A stretch of DNA of 18,863 nucleotides from a virus. Position numbers and translations under genes: made by a program. Each line of letters starts with the position of its first letter. The first letter of the stretch is position 1. Below the pieces are notes generated by a model that ran no database searches, was not told where the DNA came from, and saw nothing but the letters and a program-made list of their open reading frames with translations. This document shows, piece by piece, positions 1 to 9,693 of this stretch. Location of the stretch: UHGV virus genome UHGV-0268673; one strand, 5' to 3'.

Positions 1-1530
1 GTTAATGGTTATCCTGGCACTGTTGTTTATTATCAACAACGTCTTTACTTCGCCGCATCGACTGCGTTCCCTCAGACTATCTGGGCCAGCCGTACTGGGG
101 ATTATAAGGATTTTGGCAAAAGCAATCCTACGCAGGATGACGACAGAATTATCTACACCTATGCCGGGCGTCAGGTTAATGAGATCCGTCACCTGATTGA
201 TGTTGGTTCGCTGGTGGCACTGACTTCCGGAGGTGAGTACGTCATCACAGGCGACCAGAACAAAGTGTTAACCCCATCATCATTTGCATTCAGCTCTCAG
301 GGATCAAATGGCTCGAGCAATGTCCCACCAATTGCCGTGGCGAATATTGCTCTGTTCGTCCAGGAGAAAGGCAGTGTTGTCCGTGATCTGGCCTACTCAT
401 TCGATGTTGACGGCTATCAGGGGAACGACCTGACCATCCTTGCCAATCATCTTTTTCAGAAGCACAGCATTGTTGACTGGTGCTTCTCGATTGTCCCTTA
501 TTCCAGCGCCTTCTGCATTCGTGATGACGGTAAATTACTGGTGATGACCTATTTGCGTGATCAGCAGGTTTTTGCATGGGCACCACAATCCAGTACCGGA
601 AAATATGAAAGCACATGCAGTATCAGCGAAGGCAATGAAGATGCGGTGTATTTCGTCGTTAACCGAACCGTTAACGGGCAAACAGTGAGATACATCGAGC
701 GGCTGTCCAGCCGTTTATTTACCAGCGATGAAGATGCTTTCTTTGTTGATTCTGGCCTTAGCTATGATGGAAGAAATACGTCTGACAGAACGATGACCAT
801 CACTGGTGGTTCTGGCGAATGGGATTATCGCGCGGAATATACAATCAGTGTTTCTGGTGGTGCGTACTTCACCAGTAGTGATGTCGGCGCGCAACTACAG
901 TTCCCTTATGCCGGAACTGTTCCTGATACTGGCGATGAAGTGTCAAAAGAATTACGTTGCGACATTATTTCTGTAACCAGCAATACCGCTGTAGTGGTTC
1001 GTGCCAACAGGAACGTCCCGCCATCCCTCAGGAATACGGCCACCACGAACTGGCAGATGGCGCGCCGGACATTTGGAGGCCTGTCTCATCTTGAAGGACA
1101 GACCGTAAACATTCTTTCTGATGCGAATGTTGAGCCACAGAAAGTTGTTTCCGGAGGTGCCGTCACACTGGAATCTCCGGGGGCTGTAGTGCACATCGGC
1201 CTGCCAATAACTGCTGAATTCGAAACACTGGATATCAACATTAACGGACAGGAAACGCTGCTGGACAAAAAACAGGTGATCCCCTCCGTTACTCTGGTTG
1301 TTAATGCCAGCCGCGGCATCTGGGCGACTACGCCTGGCGGTAAATGGTACGAATATCCACAGCGTGAATTCGAGTTCTACGATGATCCTGTTGATGATGC
1401 TACCGGAAAAGTAGAAGTGAAACTGGACAGTAACTGGGGCAAAAACGGACGTGTAAAAATCCGTCAGCTTGACCCGTTGCCGCTGTCTGTTCTTGCCGTT
1501 ATTCCTCGCCTTACTATTGGGGGATTCTGA
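1..1530 (+). CDS. Virion tail/hub structural protein, C-terminal part; 5' end lies outside the window (T7 gp12-position analogue, function inferred from position only)
   Basis: Frame 1 has no stop from base 1 to the TGA at 1528-1530; the ORF track shows it only from the first ATG at 214. Stop overlaps the next start (ATGA-type coupling at 1530). Lies directly upstream of the internal-protein gene block. Confidence 0.65.
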   Translation, partial: VNGYPGTVVYYQQRLYFAASTAFPQTIWASRTGDYKDFGKSNPTQDDDRIIYTYAGRQVNEIRHLIDVGSLVALTSGGEYVITGDQNKVLTPSSFAFSSQGSNGSSNVPPIAVANIALFVQEKGSVVRDLAYSFDVDGYQGNDLTILANHLFQKHSIVDWCFSIVPYSSAFCIRDDGKLLVMTYLRDQQVFAWAPQSSTGKYESTCSISEGNEDAVYFVVNRTVNGQTVRYIERLSSRLFTSDEDAFFVDSGLSYDGRNTSDRTMTITGGSGEWDYRAEYTISVSGGAYFTSSDVGAQLQFPYAGTVPDTGDEVSKELRCDIISVTSNTAVVVRANRNVPPSLRNTATTNWQMARRTFGGLSHLEGQTVNILSDANVEPQKVVSGGAVTLESPGAVVHIGLPITAEFETLDININGQETLLDKKQVIPSVTLVVNASRGIWATTPGGKWYEYPQREFEFYDDPVDDATGKVEVKLDSNWGKNGRVKIRQLDPLPLSVLAVIPRLTIGGF

Positions 1531-1994
1531 TGATCGATGTTCAAATTATTCCCGCTACCGAAGAGCATCTTCAGATGATTTTGCCGGATGTTCGTCAGGC
1601 TGATATTGACGAACTGTATGCGGTATCGCTGATGACTACCGAAGATGCGCTGCGCGTTGGTCTGCGCACTGCGACTATGGCCTGGTCAGGGTTCGCGAAC
1701 GGAGAACTGGTAACCATGTTTGGCGTATCTCCGGCGTCAATGATCGGTGGCAATGGTACGCCCTGGCTGGTCGGGACCAGCCGTATTGAAAAATATCAGA
1801 AGACATTTCTTCGCCACTGCCGACCTGTATTGCGGCAGATGCTGGCAGTTTATCCGCGCCTGGAAAACTATGTCGACGAGCGAAACCATGTTGCCAAAGC
1901 ATGGCTGCACTGGCTTGGATTCAGGCTTGAAGAAGCCGCGCCTTATGGTGCTCTTGGTCTTAATTTCCACAGATTTCACATGGAGAGAAAATAA
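1530..1994 (+). CDS. Small virion-associated protein (154 aa), unknown function
   Basis: Start overlaps the upstream stop and its stop overlaps the next start (1992-1994 TAA / 1994 ATG), so it is translationally coupled inside the structural operon. Position matches the small internal-protein slot of T7-like virion modules. Confidence 0.6.
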   Translation: MIDVQIIPATEEHLQMILPDVRQADIDELYAVSLMTTEDALRVGLRTATMAWSGFANGELVTMFGVSPASMIGGNGTPWLVGTSRIEKYQKTFLRHCRPVLRQMLAVYPRLENYVDERNHVAKAWLHWLGFRLEEAAPYGALGLNFHRFHMERK

Positions 1995-2539
1995 TGTGCG
2001 ATCCGGTTATTGCTGGTGGCGCAATGCTCGCCATTAGTGGCATTCAGGCATACACCCAGTACCAACAGGGAAAGTATGCCTCGAAGGTTGCAGAAGCGAA
2101 CGCAGATATAGCCACAGCTCAGGCAAATGATGCAATAAACAGAGGTAACGCTGAAGCTGAGCAACGGCGCAGAGAGACCCGACAGCGGCTTGGTACACAG
2201 GCGGCGACAATGGGGGCGACCGGCGCTGATTTATCTACCGGTAACGCGCTGGATATATTTGGCGACACTGCCCAGTTTGGCGCTCTTGATTCTCTGACGA
2301 CGGTGAATAACGCGCAACGCGAGGCTTACGGTTATCAGGTTCAGGCTGCCAACTATAAAGCAGAAGTAAGTTCAGCCCGTAAACAGGGGAATGTGGGAGC
2401 AGCAACAACATTGCTCACTGCGCCTCTGAAGGCATACGGTGCGTACCAGATGTTTGGTGGAACGTGGAGTCCGTTTACTCAAAGCACCCCTGCGCCAATC
2501 GGAGCAGCAGCAGGAACCAGATTACCCGGAGGATTATAA
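1994..2539 (+). CDS. Ala/Gly/Gln-rich small internal virion/ejection-type protein (181 aa)
   Basis: GGAGAG Shine-Dalgarno 5-6 nt upstream of the ATG at 1994. Low-complexity A/G/Q-rich composition. Stop TAA at 2537-2539 overlaps the next ATG. Confidence 0.6.
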   Translation: MCDPVIAGGAMLAISGIQAYTQYQQGKYASKVAEANADIATAQANDAINRGNAEAEQRRRETRQRLGTQAATMGATGADLSTGNALDIFGDTAQFGALDSLTTVNNAQREAYGYQVQAANYKAEVSSARKQGNVGAATTLLTAPLKAYGAYQMFGGTWSPFTQSTPAPIGAAAGTRLPGGL

Positions 2540-5286
2540 TGCCAGTCGTACCAACAGTATCCGGACGCCAGGCGCAAAGTCGTGGTGTGCAAACCGGTGG
2601 TTTTCAGATCTTCGATGTTCCTCAAGCAGGTCAGGTGCTGGCGAATGTCGCAGATCAGTATGCGGTGGCATATGGTGAAGCCAGGCAGAAAGCGAATGTT
2701 GCTATGGCCCAGGAGGCGTTACTGCAATTTAACCAATTTGCAGATGACCAGATTAACAACCCTGAAAGTGGGCTGATTTCTAAACAGGGTAAAAACGCTC
2801 TTGGTCAGAGTGACGCTGTTATGAAAAATATGCAGGAAAGGGCTCAGGCATTATTAGGCTCAATTCCTGAAAGTGAGGAAAGGAATAAATTATCCTTTCA
2901 ACTCCAGCAGTCTATGCAGTCTTATTACAATCAGGCACGTCGATATGAAGTTGGGCAGTTTCAGCAATTCCAAGATCAAACGTATTTGTCAGGAAATGCA
3001 TTGGCTGTCACTCAGTCTGCGGGGCTATATAGCGATAACCAAGCATTTGTCGATTTAGCCAAGCAGCGATTTGAATCTATTGATCAATACGCTGATGCGC
3101 ATGGGCTTCCTGATGAGTGGCGTGTTCAGCAGAAAACTCAGCTCAAGGAACAAATGGGGCAGCAAGCATGGATAGGAAATATCGCTCAAAAATACAACGA
3201 GTTTCTTCAGGTTAATGGAGAGCCAGGGGATCTTGATGGTGTGAGTCGTGCAATATCACATGGTAATTCATTGGATGCTCGTGGTTTACGTAATAATAAC
3301 CCTGGTAATATTGAAGCGAGCAAATCTAACCCGTGGGAAGGTCAGATCGGTAGCGATGGACGTTTTGCAACGTTTGCTACCCCTGAGCATGGAATCCGCG
3401 CGTTGGGTAAAAATATGTTGTCTTACCAGCGTCAAGGCTATGACACCGTTAGCGAGATTGTTAATCGCTATGCTCCGGCTAGTGATGGTAATAATACTGA
3501 TGCTTATATTAGGGCATTGTGTGGTGAGCTTGGTGTTGGGGAGAATGATCAGCTTGATATCTCTAACCCAAAGACACTAGCTGCTTTATGTGCTGGGATT
3601 ATTAAACACGAAAATGGCAGTATGCCTTATAGCACCGAACAGCTTGAAACTGGTATCTCGGCAGCCCTTGGTCTAACTAACCTTGATTCACCTAAGCGTT
3701 ATACGGGCAATGCGGCATTTGATGCTATGAGCCCTCAAATGCAAATACAGGCATTGAGGCAGGCTAATGAGCTGAGAAATCAGTACCGCCAGCAGTATGC
3801 GGACCAGCTTAGCACCGTAGTTAAAGATGCATATTCAGCCCTTGATGAAGGATTGAAACCTGAGAAGTTACCTTCTGAGGACGATTTTATCCGGGCCAAT
3901 GGTCCGCGCATTGGCGCTATGAAGTGGAAGGATATGCAGGCGCAGATACAATATGGAGGTGTCATTGGTGCCGCTAAAGACCTCACTCCAGAAGGACGAC
4001 AAGACATTCTTGAACGTTTACGTCCACAGGATCCAAACGCTCCTGGATTTGCAGCTAACCAGCAACGCTGGGAGAAAATGCAGGCCAAATTTAAAGAGAT
4101 GGATAGGGAGTGGGAGATTCAGCAGGGAAGAAACAGGTTCGTGTCTTCAATGCAAAATAACTTCCCGCTGGACCCGAACGACAAAAACAATCAGGCAGCG
4201 GTAGACCGTTATTTCGCGCAGGATATCGCGCCTTCGTTTTCCATATCTGATCCGCAGAGCATCAATACACTGGTCACCGTCACAACTAAAAGCGGCATGA
4301 TACCAACTCAGATTAAAACAATGCTTAACAGTGGAGCGACATCAAGAGATCCTGCGCTGGTTGTCCCGATGGCAAAATTCTACGGTCAGTTATTCGATAA
4401 TAATCCGGCGGCAGCGGCAACACTTGATAAAAGTACGATGGCATTTTACGGCAAGGTTTACGATTATTCCCGCGCTGGCGTGCCGGAGGATAAGGCTGTT
4501 GATATGGCTTACAGCCAGGTGTTCCAACAGGATGACCGAATGAAACAGATGCTTTCCACTGCCATGCGAGACAAAAAATATGTCGCGGCGAGGGCAACTG
4601 CTGCACAAAATAACGCCAGCAGTCTGACTTCCTTTGGTTCGTGGTCTCCGGATATTACCGATCCAGGAAAATCAAATGCGGCCTATCAGCGAGATTACCA
4701 GACAATTTACGATGCTAACTTTGTACAGACAGGTGGCGATGCAGAACAGGCTGAGAAAATGACCAATGCCATGATCAGAACCACTTGGGGAGTTTCTACG
4801 GTTAATGGCAAAGCAGAGGTTATGAAGTATGCACCTGAGGCATTGTACGGAGTAAATAATGGTGCTGGTAACTGGATTCAGGGGCAGTGGGAGCAGGAAA
4901 AACGCGAGCTTAAATCAAAATCCTTTGGCGGTCCTCGCAGTGATACGGACTTAATACTTGTTTCTGATAGCCTTACGGCAAGGGATAGGAGTTATGCTGT
5001 TATGGTTTTACAGCCTGACGCAAACGGAGCGATAGAACCGAGAAATTATATTGGAGAAAATGGTCTCCCTGTTCGTTTCAAGCCGGATCAGCTGACATCT
5101 CCAATGTACAGGCAAACCATTCAGTTCCAGCAACAGCGTGTTGATGAGGCTAGAGTGAGGAGAGAAGGCAATCCGCTGCCGCAGTTCAGCAATAAAGATG
5201 GATATACTCCTCCAGATCTGACCAAACCATTCGGTTATGGTTCAGCCAATTACCTTCCGAGCAATATATACGCAGGGGGCAAATAA
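2539..5286 (+). CDS. Large internal virion/ejection protein (915 aa from the ATG at 2539)
   Basis: The ORF track gives 2464..5286, but the ATG at 2539 has a strong GGAGG Shine-Dalgarno 6 nt upstream and overlaps the upstream stop (TAATG), so 2539 is the likelier start. Contains a conserved-looking block (…RGLRNNNPGNIEASKSNPWEGQIGSDGRFATFATPEHGIRALG…). Size and position match T7 gp15-like core proteins. Confidence 0.75.
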   Translation: MPVVPTVSGRQAQSRGVQTGGFQIFDVPQAGQVLANVADQYAVAYGEARQKANVAMAQEALLQFNQFADDQINNPESGLISKQGKNALGQSDAVMKNMQERAQALLGSIPESEERNKLSFQLQQSMQSYYNQARRYEVGQFQQFQDQTYLSGNALAVTQSAGLYSDNQAFVDLAKQRFESIDQYADAHGLPDEWRVQQKTQLKEQMGQQAWIGNIAQKYNEFLQVNGEPGDLDGVSRAISHGNSLDARGLRNNNPGNIEASKSNPWEGQIGSDGRFATFATPEHGIRALGKNMLSYQRQGYDTVSEIVNRYAPASDGNNTDAYIRALCGELGVGENDQLDISNPKTLAALCAGIIKHENGSMPYSTEQLETGISAALGLTNLDSPKRYTGNAAFDAMSPQMQIQALRQANELRNQYRQQYADQLSTVVKDAYSALDEGLKPEKLPSEDDFIRANGPRIGAMKWKDMQAQIQYGGVIGAAKDLTPEGRQDILERLRPQDPNAPGFAANQQRWEKMQAKFKEMDREWEIQQGRNRFVSSMQNNFPLDPNDKNNQAAVDRYFAQDIAPSFSISDPQSINTLVTVTTKSGMIPTQIKTMLNSGATSRDPALVVPMAKFYGQLFDNNPAAAATLDKSTMAFYGKVYDYSRAGVPEDKAVDMAYSQVFQQDDRMKQMLSTAMRDKKYVAARATAAQNNASSLTSFGSWSPDITDPGKSNAAYQRDYQTIYDANFVQTGGDAEQAEKMTNAMIRTTWGVSTVNGKAEVMKYAPEALYGVNNGAGNWIQGQWEQEKRELKSKSFGGPRSDTDLILVSDSLTARDRSYAVMVLQPDANGAIEPRNYIGENGLPVRFKPDQLTSPMYRQTIQFQQQRVDEARVRREGNPLPQFSNKDGYTPPDLTKPFGYGSANYLPSNIYAGGK

Positions 5287-8200
5287 TGCCGATATATGAA
5301 CAGGATCCTAAAGAGTTGCTTGGCGAGGATATTCAGCAAATAGCAGCACCTGATGACAGTAATTTCTATATGGAAACACCTTCTTTGCTTTCTGCTGTGA
5401 ACCCATTTACCAGTGATCAACGCGTTCAAAGGTCTAGACAAGCAGCATTTCGTATAGATAACACGCTGGGTAGCTTTATTGCCAGTGCTCCTTTCAGTCA
5501 GTTTGACAGGGTTGAAGGATATAACCCATTTGATAACGATGCAGCAGATATTAAAGGCTATGAAGATTTTGCAGATTCGTTTATCAACTCCGGTTCGCAT
5601 GAAGAAACAATGGCAATTAAACATCGAATCGATAAGCAAAGAACAGATAGAGAATATCTATCTGAAATGGGTGGTGCTGGTACTATTTCAAGCTTAGCAA
5701 TGGGAATGATAGACCCGGTTAATGTGGCTGCAATGTTCATCCCTGTAGGGGCGGTAGCGCGTGGAGGAAGTATTGCTGAGACGGCAGGGCGTTTTGCCCT
5801 GGCGAATGCTGCTGGTGGGGGAGTATCAGAAGCCGCATTACAGGCCACTCAGGAAGCTCGCTCACCGATGGAGAGCGTATCGAACGTTGTTGTTGATGCT
5901 CTCGTTGGTGGGATCCTTGGTGCTGGTGCACAGCTACTTGCTGGACCTAGCGCGCGCGAGGCAGTGGTTAACTCAGTAGGTAATCATTTGCGAGGTATGG
6001 ATTCTCCTCAAAGCATTGGTGCAGCTCAGGTTTTCAATACCACACTCGATCAGGAACAGCTCGCTGGACTTGGACTTGCTAACAAAACGTTGAGTGTCAC
6101 TCCTGCTGGCCGCTTGGCGCAATCACCATCTCTTGTCTCCCGTCAGATTAACCAGCAGCTTGCCGAAAATAACTATTTCTTCGCCAAAAATGATGAGGGG
6201 TTGGCTACGTTTACGGCAGTCGAGACTAAGATTAAGCAATACGACGCCATGCTTTATAAGCAGATGGAAGCCACTCGTGATGCTTACCAGCAGTACAGCA
6301 AATCTGTTAGCGCCCGCGGCGTGAAGAGGATGAACTTTATTGATTTCAATGAAGCTGTTGGCATGGCCATGCGCCGTGGTGATCAGAGTGATATTCCTGA
6401 GGTTTCACAAGCTGCCGCCAGAATCCGCCCCATTTTCGAGACCACAAAAGCCCGTATGCAGGAACTGGGGATCCTTCCTGAGGATATCGATGTCGTGACG
6501 GCGAAAAGTTATCTTCCCCGCATTTATAAGTTCGATAAGATACTTTCCGACCGCACTGAATTCAGAGGGCGAATTGCCAACTGGATACAAGGGATTAGTG
6601 CCAAAGGTGCTGACAAGGCAGGTCAGCGAATTGAAAGGATAAATTCATTGCTAAAAACTGCAGAGGAATCGGCACCGCGCGCTGATGCTCTCGCTAGTGA
6701 AATCGCTGAAGCGGAGAAATGGTCTGGTAAAAAAATTCTACTCATGGAAGAACTGGATAAACGAAATAAGCTTATATCTCAGGAGACTGACACACAGGCG
6801 CGTCTTACAAGAATAGAAAAAGAGTTGGCCGAGACTTCATCAGAAAAACTTCAGGCAAGAATGATGAAAGAAAGCTCTGACCTTAAAACACGCCTTGATG
6901 ATATAGCGCAGGCAAAGAGTGAGCTTCCTATCTATCAGCGCCATATGGAATTGCTGGATAATCCACGGAAATATCGTTCTGAGCTTCGCCGACTGCAAAA
7001 ACGGGCAAATTCAACCACAAGGCTGAATGCAAGCCGCGAACGAGCACTGAAGCAGATGGAGCCTCTATCCCGAGAGGAAGCAGAGGACGCTGCTGACGAG
7101 ATCGTGAATAAAATAATAGGCGCACCTTCCGGGCTTGTACCAGCCGATATTATCCCAGAGAGACTCGTTGGTCGGGCTGGTTTCACTAAAAGCAGAACGC
7201 TGCTTATTCCTGATGAGCGTATAGAAGATTTTCTTGAATCAGATGTTAACTACATCATGGAAAGTTATCTCCGGCAGGTGGCACCAGAAATTGAGCTGAC
7301 TGCGCAGTTTGGCCGTAAAGATATGGGGGAGCAAATCCGTCAGGTTAGTGAGGAATATACCCGGCTAATAAAAGAGGCTAAAACACCTAAACGACGTGCA
7401 GTTCTTGAGAAGCAACGGGAGGCTGATATTAGGGATATTACGGCTATGCGTGATCGACTGCTTGGTACTTACGGTGCACCTCAAGATCCACGCAGTTTCT
7501 TTGTTCGTGCCGGGCGAGTTGCTAGGAATATTAACTTCCTCCGTTTGCTTGGTGGAATGACTGTCTCCGCTGCAACTGATCTGATGCGACCGATGATGCA
7601 GCATGGCCTGAGAAAATCTCTCGGACCAATGGTAAGCATGCTTAAAAATATGGACTCAGTGAAAATTGCAACCAGGGATTTGCGAGAAATGGCCGTTGGG
7701 CTTGATTATGTCCTGTCTACGCGTACAAAGGCTATAGCGGATCTTACTGACCCCTATAGCCGGAGAAGCGCCGCTGAGCGAGGTCTGAACTGGATGACGC
7801 AGAAATTCGGTAACTGGACGCTGATGAATCAGTGGAACAGCGCACTTAAATCATGGTCCGGGATGATAGTGCAGTCGAGGATACTTGACGCGGCTCGCCA
7901 AGTTTCTGCTGGTGGCACGCTCTCCAAAAGTGAAATGCGGAAGATGGCACAGGTCGGCATCAATGAAGATGTTCTGCGCCGAATCGGGGAGCAATTCGGG
8001 AAGCACGGAGAGGATATGGACGGGCTGTTAACCGGGCATAGTCATCTGTGGGATGACCGTTTCGCTAGAGAGATTTTCCAGTCTGCAGTGCTGAAAGATG
8101 TAGACTCAGTGATTGTAACGCCTGGCGTAGGTGATACACCGCTGTTTTTTAGTAAAGAAGGCTGGAAGATGATCACGCAGTTCAAAACGTTTATCTTCGC

Positions 8201-8675
8201 ACAGCATAACAGGGTGCTGGTATCTGGTATCCAGCAGGGCGATGCTGCATTCTATCTTGGTGCGCTTGGCACGATTGCGCTTGGCTCAATGGTCTATATG
8301 ATGAAACAGAAGTTAAGCGGTCGCGATATCGACTACAGCTGGAATAACCTTGTGAAAGAGGGGATCGACCGGGGCGGAATGCTTGGCTGGCTCTCTGAGC
8401 CGCTGAATACCGTTGAGAACATAAGCGGCGGTAGGTTTGGTCTTGGCGCGATGTTTGGTGCGCCTCCGGTATCAAGGTTTCAGAGTCGTAATGCTATTGG
8501 TGCTTTACTTGGTCCTACCTTTGATCTTGGCGGTGATGCCGCGACGGTTGCGAATGGTGTACTTAACGGAGAATTTGACAGCCAGCAAACCCACGCGGTC
8601 CGTAAAATGCTACCTTTTCAGAACCTGTGGGCGATATCACCGTTACTAAATAAAGTTGAAGAGCAGATGAAATAG
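5286..8675 (+). CDS. Very large internal virion/ejection protein (1129 aa) with a central coiled-coil-like segment
   Basis: ATG at 5286 overlaps the upstream TAA. Long uninterrupted ORF with a heptad-like charged region around residues 450-600. Size and position resemble T7 gp16-type proteins. Confidence 0.75.
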   Translation: MPIYEQDPKELLGEDIQQIAAPDDSNFYMETPSLLSAVNPFTSDQRVQRSRQAAFRIDNTLGSFIASAPFSQFDRVEGYNPFDNDAADIKGYEDFADSFINSGSHEETMAIKHRIDKQRTDREYLSEMGGAGTISSLAMGMIDPVNVAAMFIPVGAVARGGSIAETAGRFALANAAGGGVSEAALQATQEARSPMESVSNVVVDALVGGILGAGAQLLAGPSAREAVVNSVGNHLRGMDSPQSIGAAQVFNTTLDQEQLAGLGLANKTLSVTPAGRLAQSPSLVSRQINQQLAENNYFFAKNDEGLATFTAVETKIKQYDAMLYKQMEATRDAYQQYSKSVSARGVKRMNFIDFNEAVGMAMRRGDQSDIPEVSQAAARIRPIFETTKARMQELGILPEDIDVVTAKSYLPRIYKFDKILSDRTEFRGRIANWIQGISAKGADKAGQRIERINSLLKTAEESAPRADALASEIAEAEKWSGKKILLMEELDKRNKLISQETDTQARLTRIEKELAETSSEKLQARMMKESSDLKTRLDDIAQAKSELPIYQRHMELLDNPRKYRSELRRLQKRANSTTRLNASRERALKQMEPLSREEAEDAADEIVNKIIGAPSGLVPADIIPERLVGRAGFTKSRTLLIPDERIEDFLESDVNYIMESYLRQVAPEIELTAQFGRKDMGEQIRQVSEEYTRLIKEAKTPKRRAVLEKQREADIRDITAMRDRLLGTYGAPQDPRSFFVRAGRVARNINFLRLLGGMTVSAATDLMRPMMQHGLRKSLGPMVSMLKNMDSVKIATRDLREMAVGLDYVLSTRTKAIADLTDPYSRRSAAERGLNWMTQKFGNWTLMNQWNSALKSWSGMIVQSRILDAARQVSAGGTLSKSEMRKMAQVGINEDVLRRIGEQFGKHGEDMDGLLTGHSHLWDDRFAREIFQSAVLKDVDSVIVTPGVGDTPLFFSKEGWKMITQFKTFIFAQHNRVLVSGIQQGDAAFYLGALGTIALGSMVYMMKQKLSGRDIDYSWNNLVKEGIDRGGMLGWLSEPLNTVENISGGRFGLGAMFGAPPVSRFQSRNAIGALLGPTFDLGGDAATVANGVLNGEFDSQQTHAVRKMLPFQNLWAISPLLNKVEEQMK

Positions 8676-9116
8676 CTATTCACAATTAGTGATGGCGTAT
8701 GTATCAAATATATTGCCATCACTAAATACATACCTATACTCAATCTCTCCGCCAAGGTGAATAAATGCTTTCATTTGCCTGTTGGCGCAAATGCTCGATT
8801 TTGAATAATTTCGCATTACACTCTTTAATTTATTTTCTAAGGTTACATCACCATTATAAGCTTTTGATAAATAGCTGTTGTTGTAATTAAGATGCGCTAC
8901 AACTAAAAGTTTGTTTAGTATTGCATTTATTGAAACAATAGACATATTATCATTCAATTTTATGGGAAGTGACTTTCCTGCTTCTGATGCGATTTTGTTT
9001 GCATGAGCACACATATCCTCATTTATTAAATTCTTAAAACATATGTCGTTTGCAAACGAAAAAATTGGTAGGATAAACAAAACGGTGGCTGTAATAGCGT
9101 GCATCGGCTTAATCAT
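8676..9116 (-). CDS. Secreted/periplasmic protein with N-terminal signal peptide and four Cys (146 aa), unknown function; AT-rich cargo gene
   Basis: N-terminus MIKPMHAITATVLFILPIFSFA↓ND looks like a Sec signal peptide. Strongly AT-rich codon usage compared with the flanking virion genes. Its stop abuts the stop of the convergent upstream gene (TAGCTA at 8673-8678). Confidence 0.55.
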   Translation of the reverse strand: MIKPMHAITATVLFILPIFSFANDICFKNLINEDMCAHANKIASEAGKSLPIKLNDNMSIVSINAILNKLLVVAHLNYNNSYLSKAYNGDVTLENKLKSVMRNYSKSSICANRQMKAFIHLGGEIEYRYVFSDGNIFDTYAITNCE

Positions 9117-9128
9117 TAGGTGACCTTT

Positions 9129-9578
9129 ATGTTCAAGAAGATGATCAACAGATTAATCGGTGGTAAGGAGGTTAGCAATAAAATTCAACCTCTTATCTTT
9201 AAGGATAACTTTTCAGCTTTTGAGTATGCGTGTAAGTATCTTGACACAAGCCTTTCAGCCAATAAACCAATGCCAGCCATCATCATACCTGGTCCCAGTG
9301 GGGAACAGCCAGTTTTGCTAGATTCTGGAAGACAAAGGGCAATGCTGAAGGTGTGCTCAGCTGATGGTGGATTTTTTGTTATTGCCGATTCATCTTACAG
9401 CAAAGGACCAAAGCTGAGGATTGGTGATCTTGTTGCTTGGTTGCCTGTGAGTTATGCCGAAGAATTAACGGATAAAATAGAAGATCCTCGCTCCGCTATG
9501 GTTGGCTTTATATTGGGAACCATTCATCCTGAACTAACATCTACTGGCTGGAAGGGTAAAGAAAGATTTCGCAAGTAG
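9129..9578 (+). CDS. Hypothetical cytoplasmic protein (149 aa from the ATG at 9129)
   Basis: The ORF track starts it at GTG 9120; the ATG at 9129 has an AGGTGA Shine-Dalgarno 7 nt upstream. Followed by a clear intrinsic terminator. Starts head-to-head about 12 bp from the start of the minus-strand gene. Confidence 0.5.
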   Translation: MFKKMINRLIGGKEVSNKIQPLIFKDNFSAFEYACKYLDTSLSANKPMPAIIIPGPSGEQPVLLDSGRQRAMLKVCSADGGFFVIADSSYSKGPKLRIGDLVAWLPVSYAEELTDKIEDPRSAMVGFILGTIHPELTSTGWKGKERFRK

Positions 9579-9591
9579 CGTGACATGTCAC

Positions 9592-9616
9592 AGGCCGCGA
9601 AAGCGGCCTTGTTTTT
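9592..9616 (+). terminator. Rho-independent terminator for the 9129..9578 gene
   Basis: Stem AGGCCGC / GCGGCCT with GAAA loop, followed by TGTTTTT. Confidence 0.6.
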
Positions 9617-9693
9617 AACGAATGCCACTGCCGCCCGGGCGGGAATCCACAGAACGCCCACCGCAGCGGGAGCCGTCAGCGGCAGTATCGCTG

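Noticed and set aside
2464-2538. ORF-track start at 2464 for the 940-aa protein, overlapping the preceding gene by 75 nt
   Set aside because: The ATG at 2539 has a strong GGAGG Shine-Dalgarno and overlaps the upstream stop (TAATG); the 2464 start has no ribosome-binding site and would require a long overlap.
290-8649. Many 60-130-aa ORFs on the opposite strand or in alternative frames inside the large virion genes (e.g. 290..616, 3248..3580, 5250..5639, 6935..7186, 8191..8475)
   Set aside because: They lie wholly within long, well-supported coding regions, lack ribosome-binding sites, and have odd composition (Cys/Arg/Ser-rich); typical antisense or frame-shifted artefacts.
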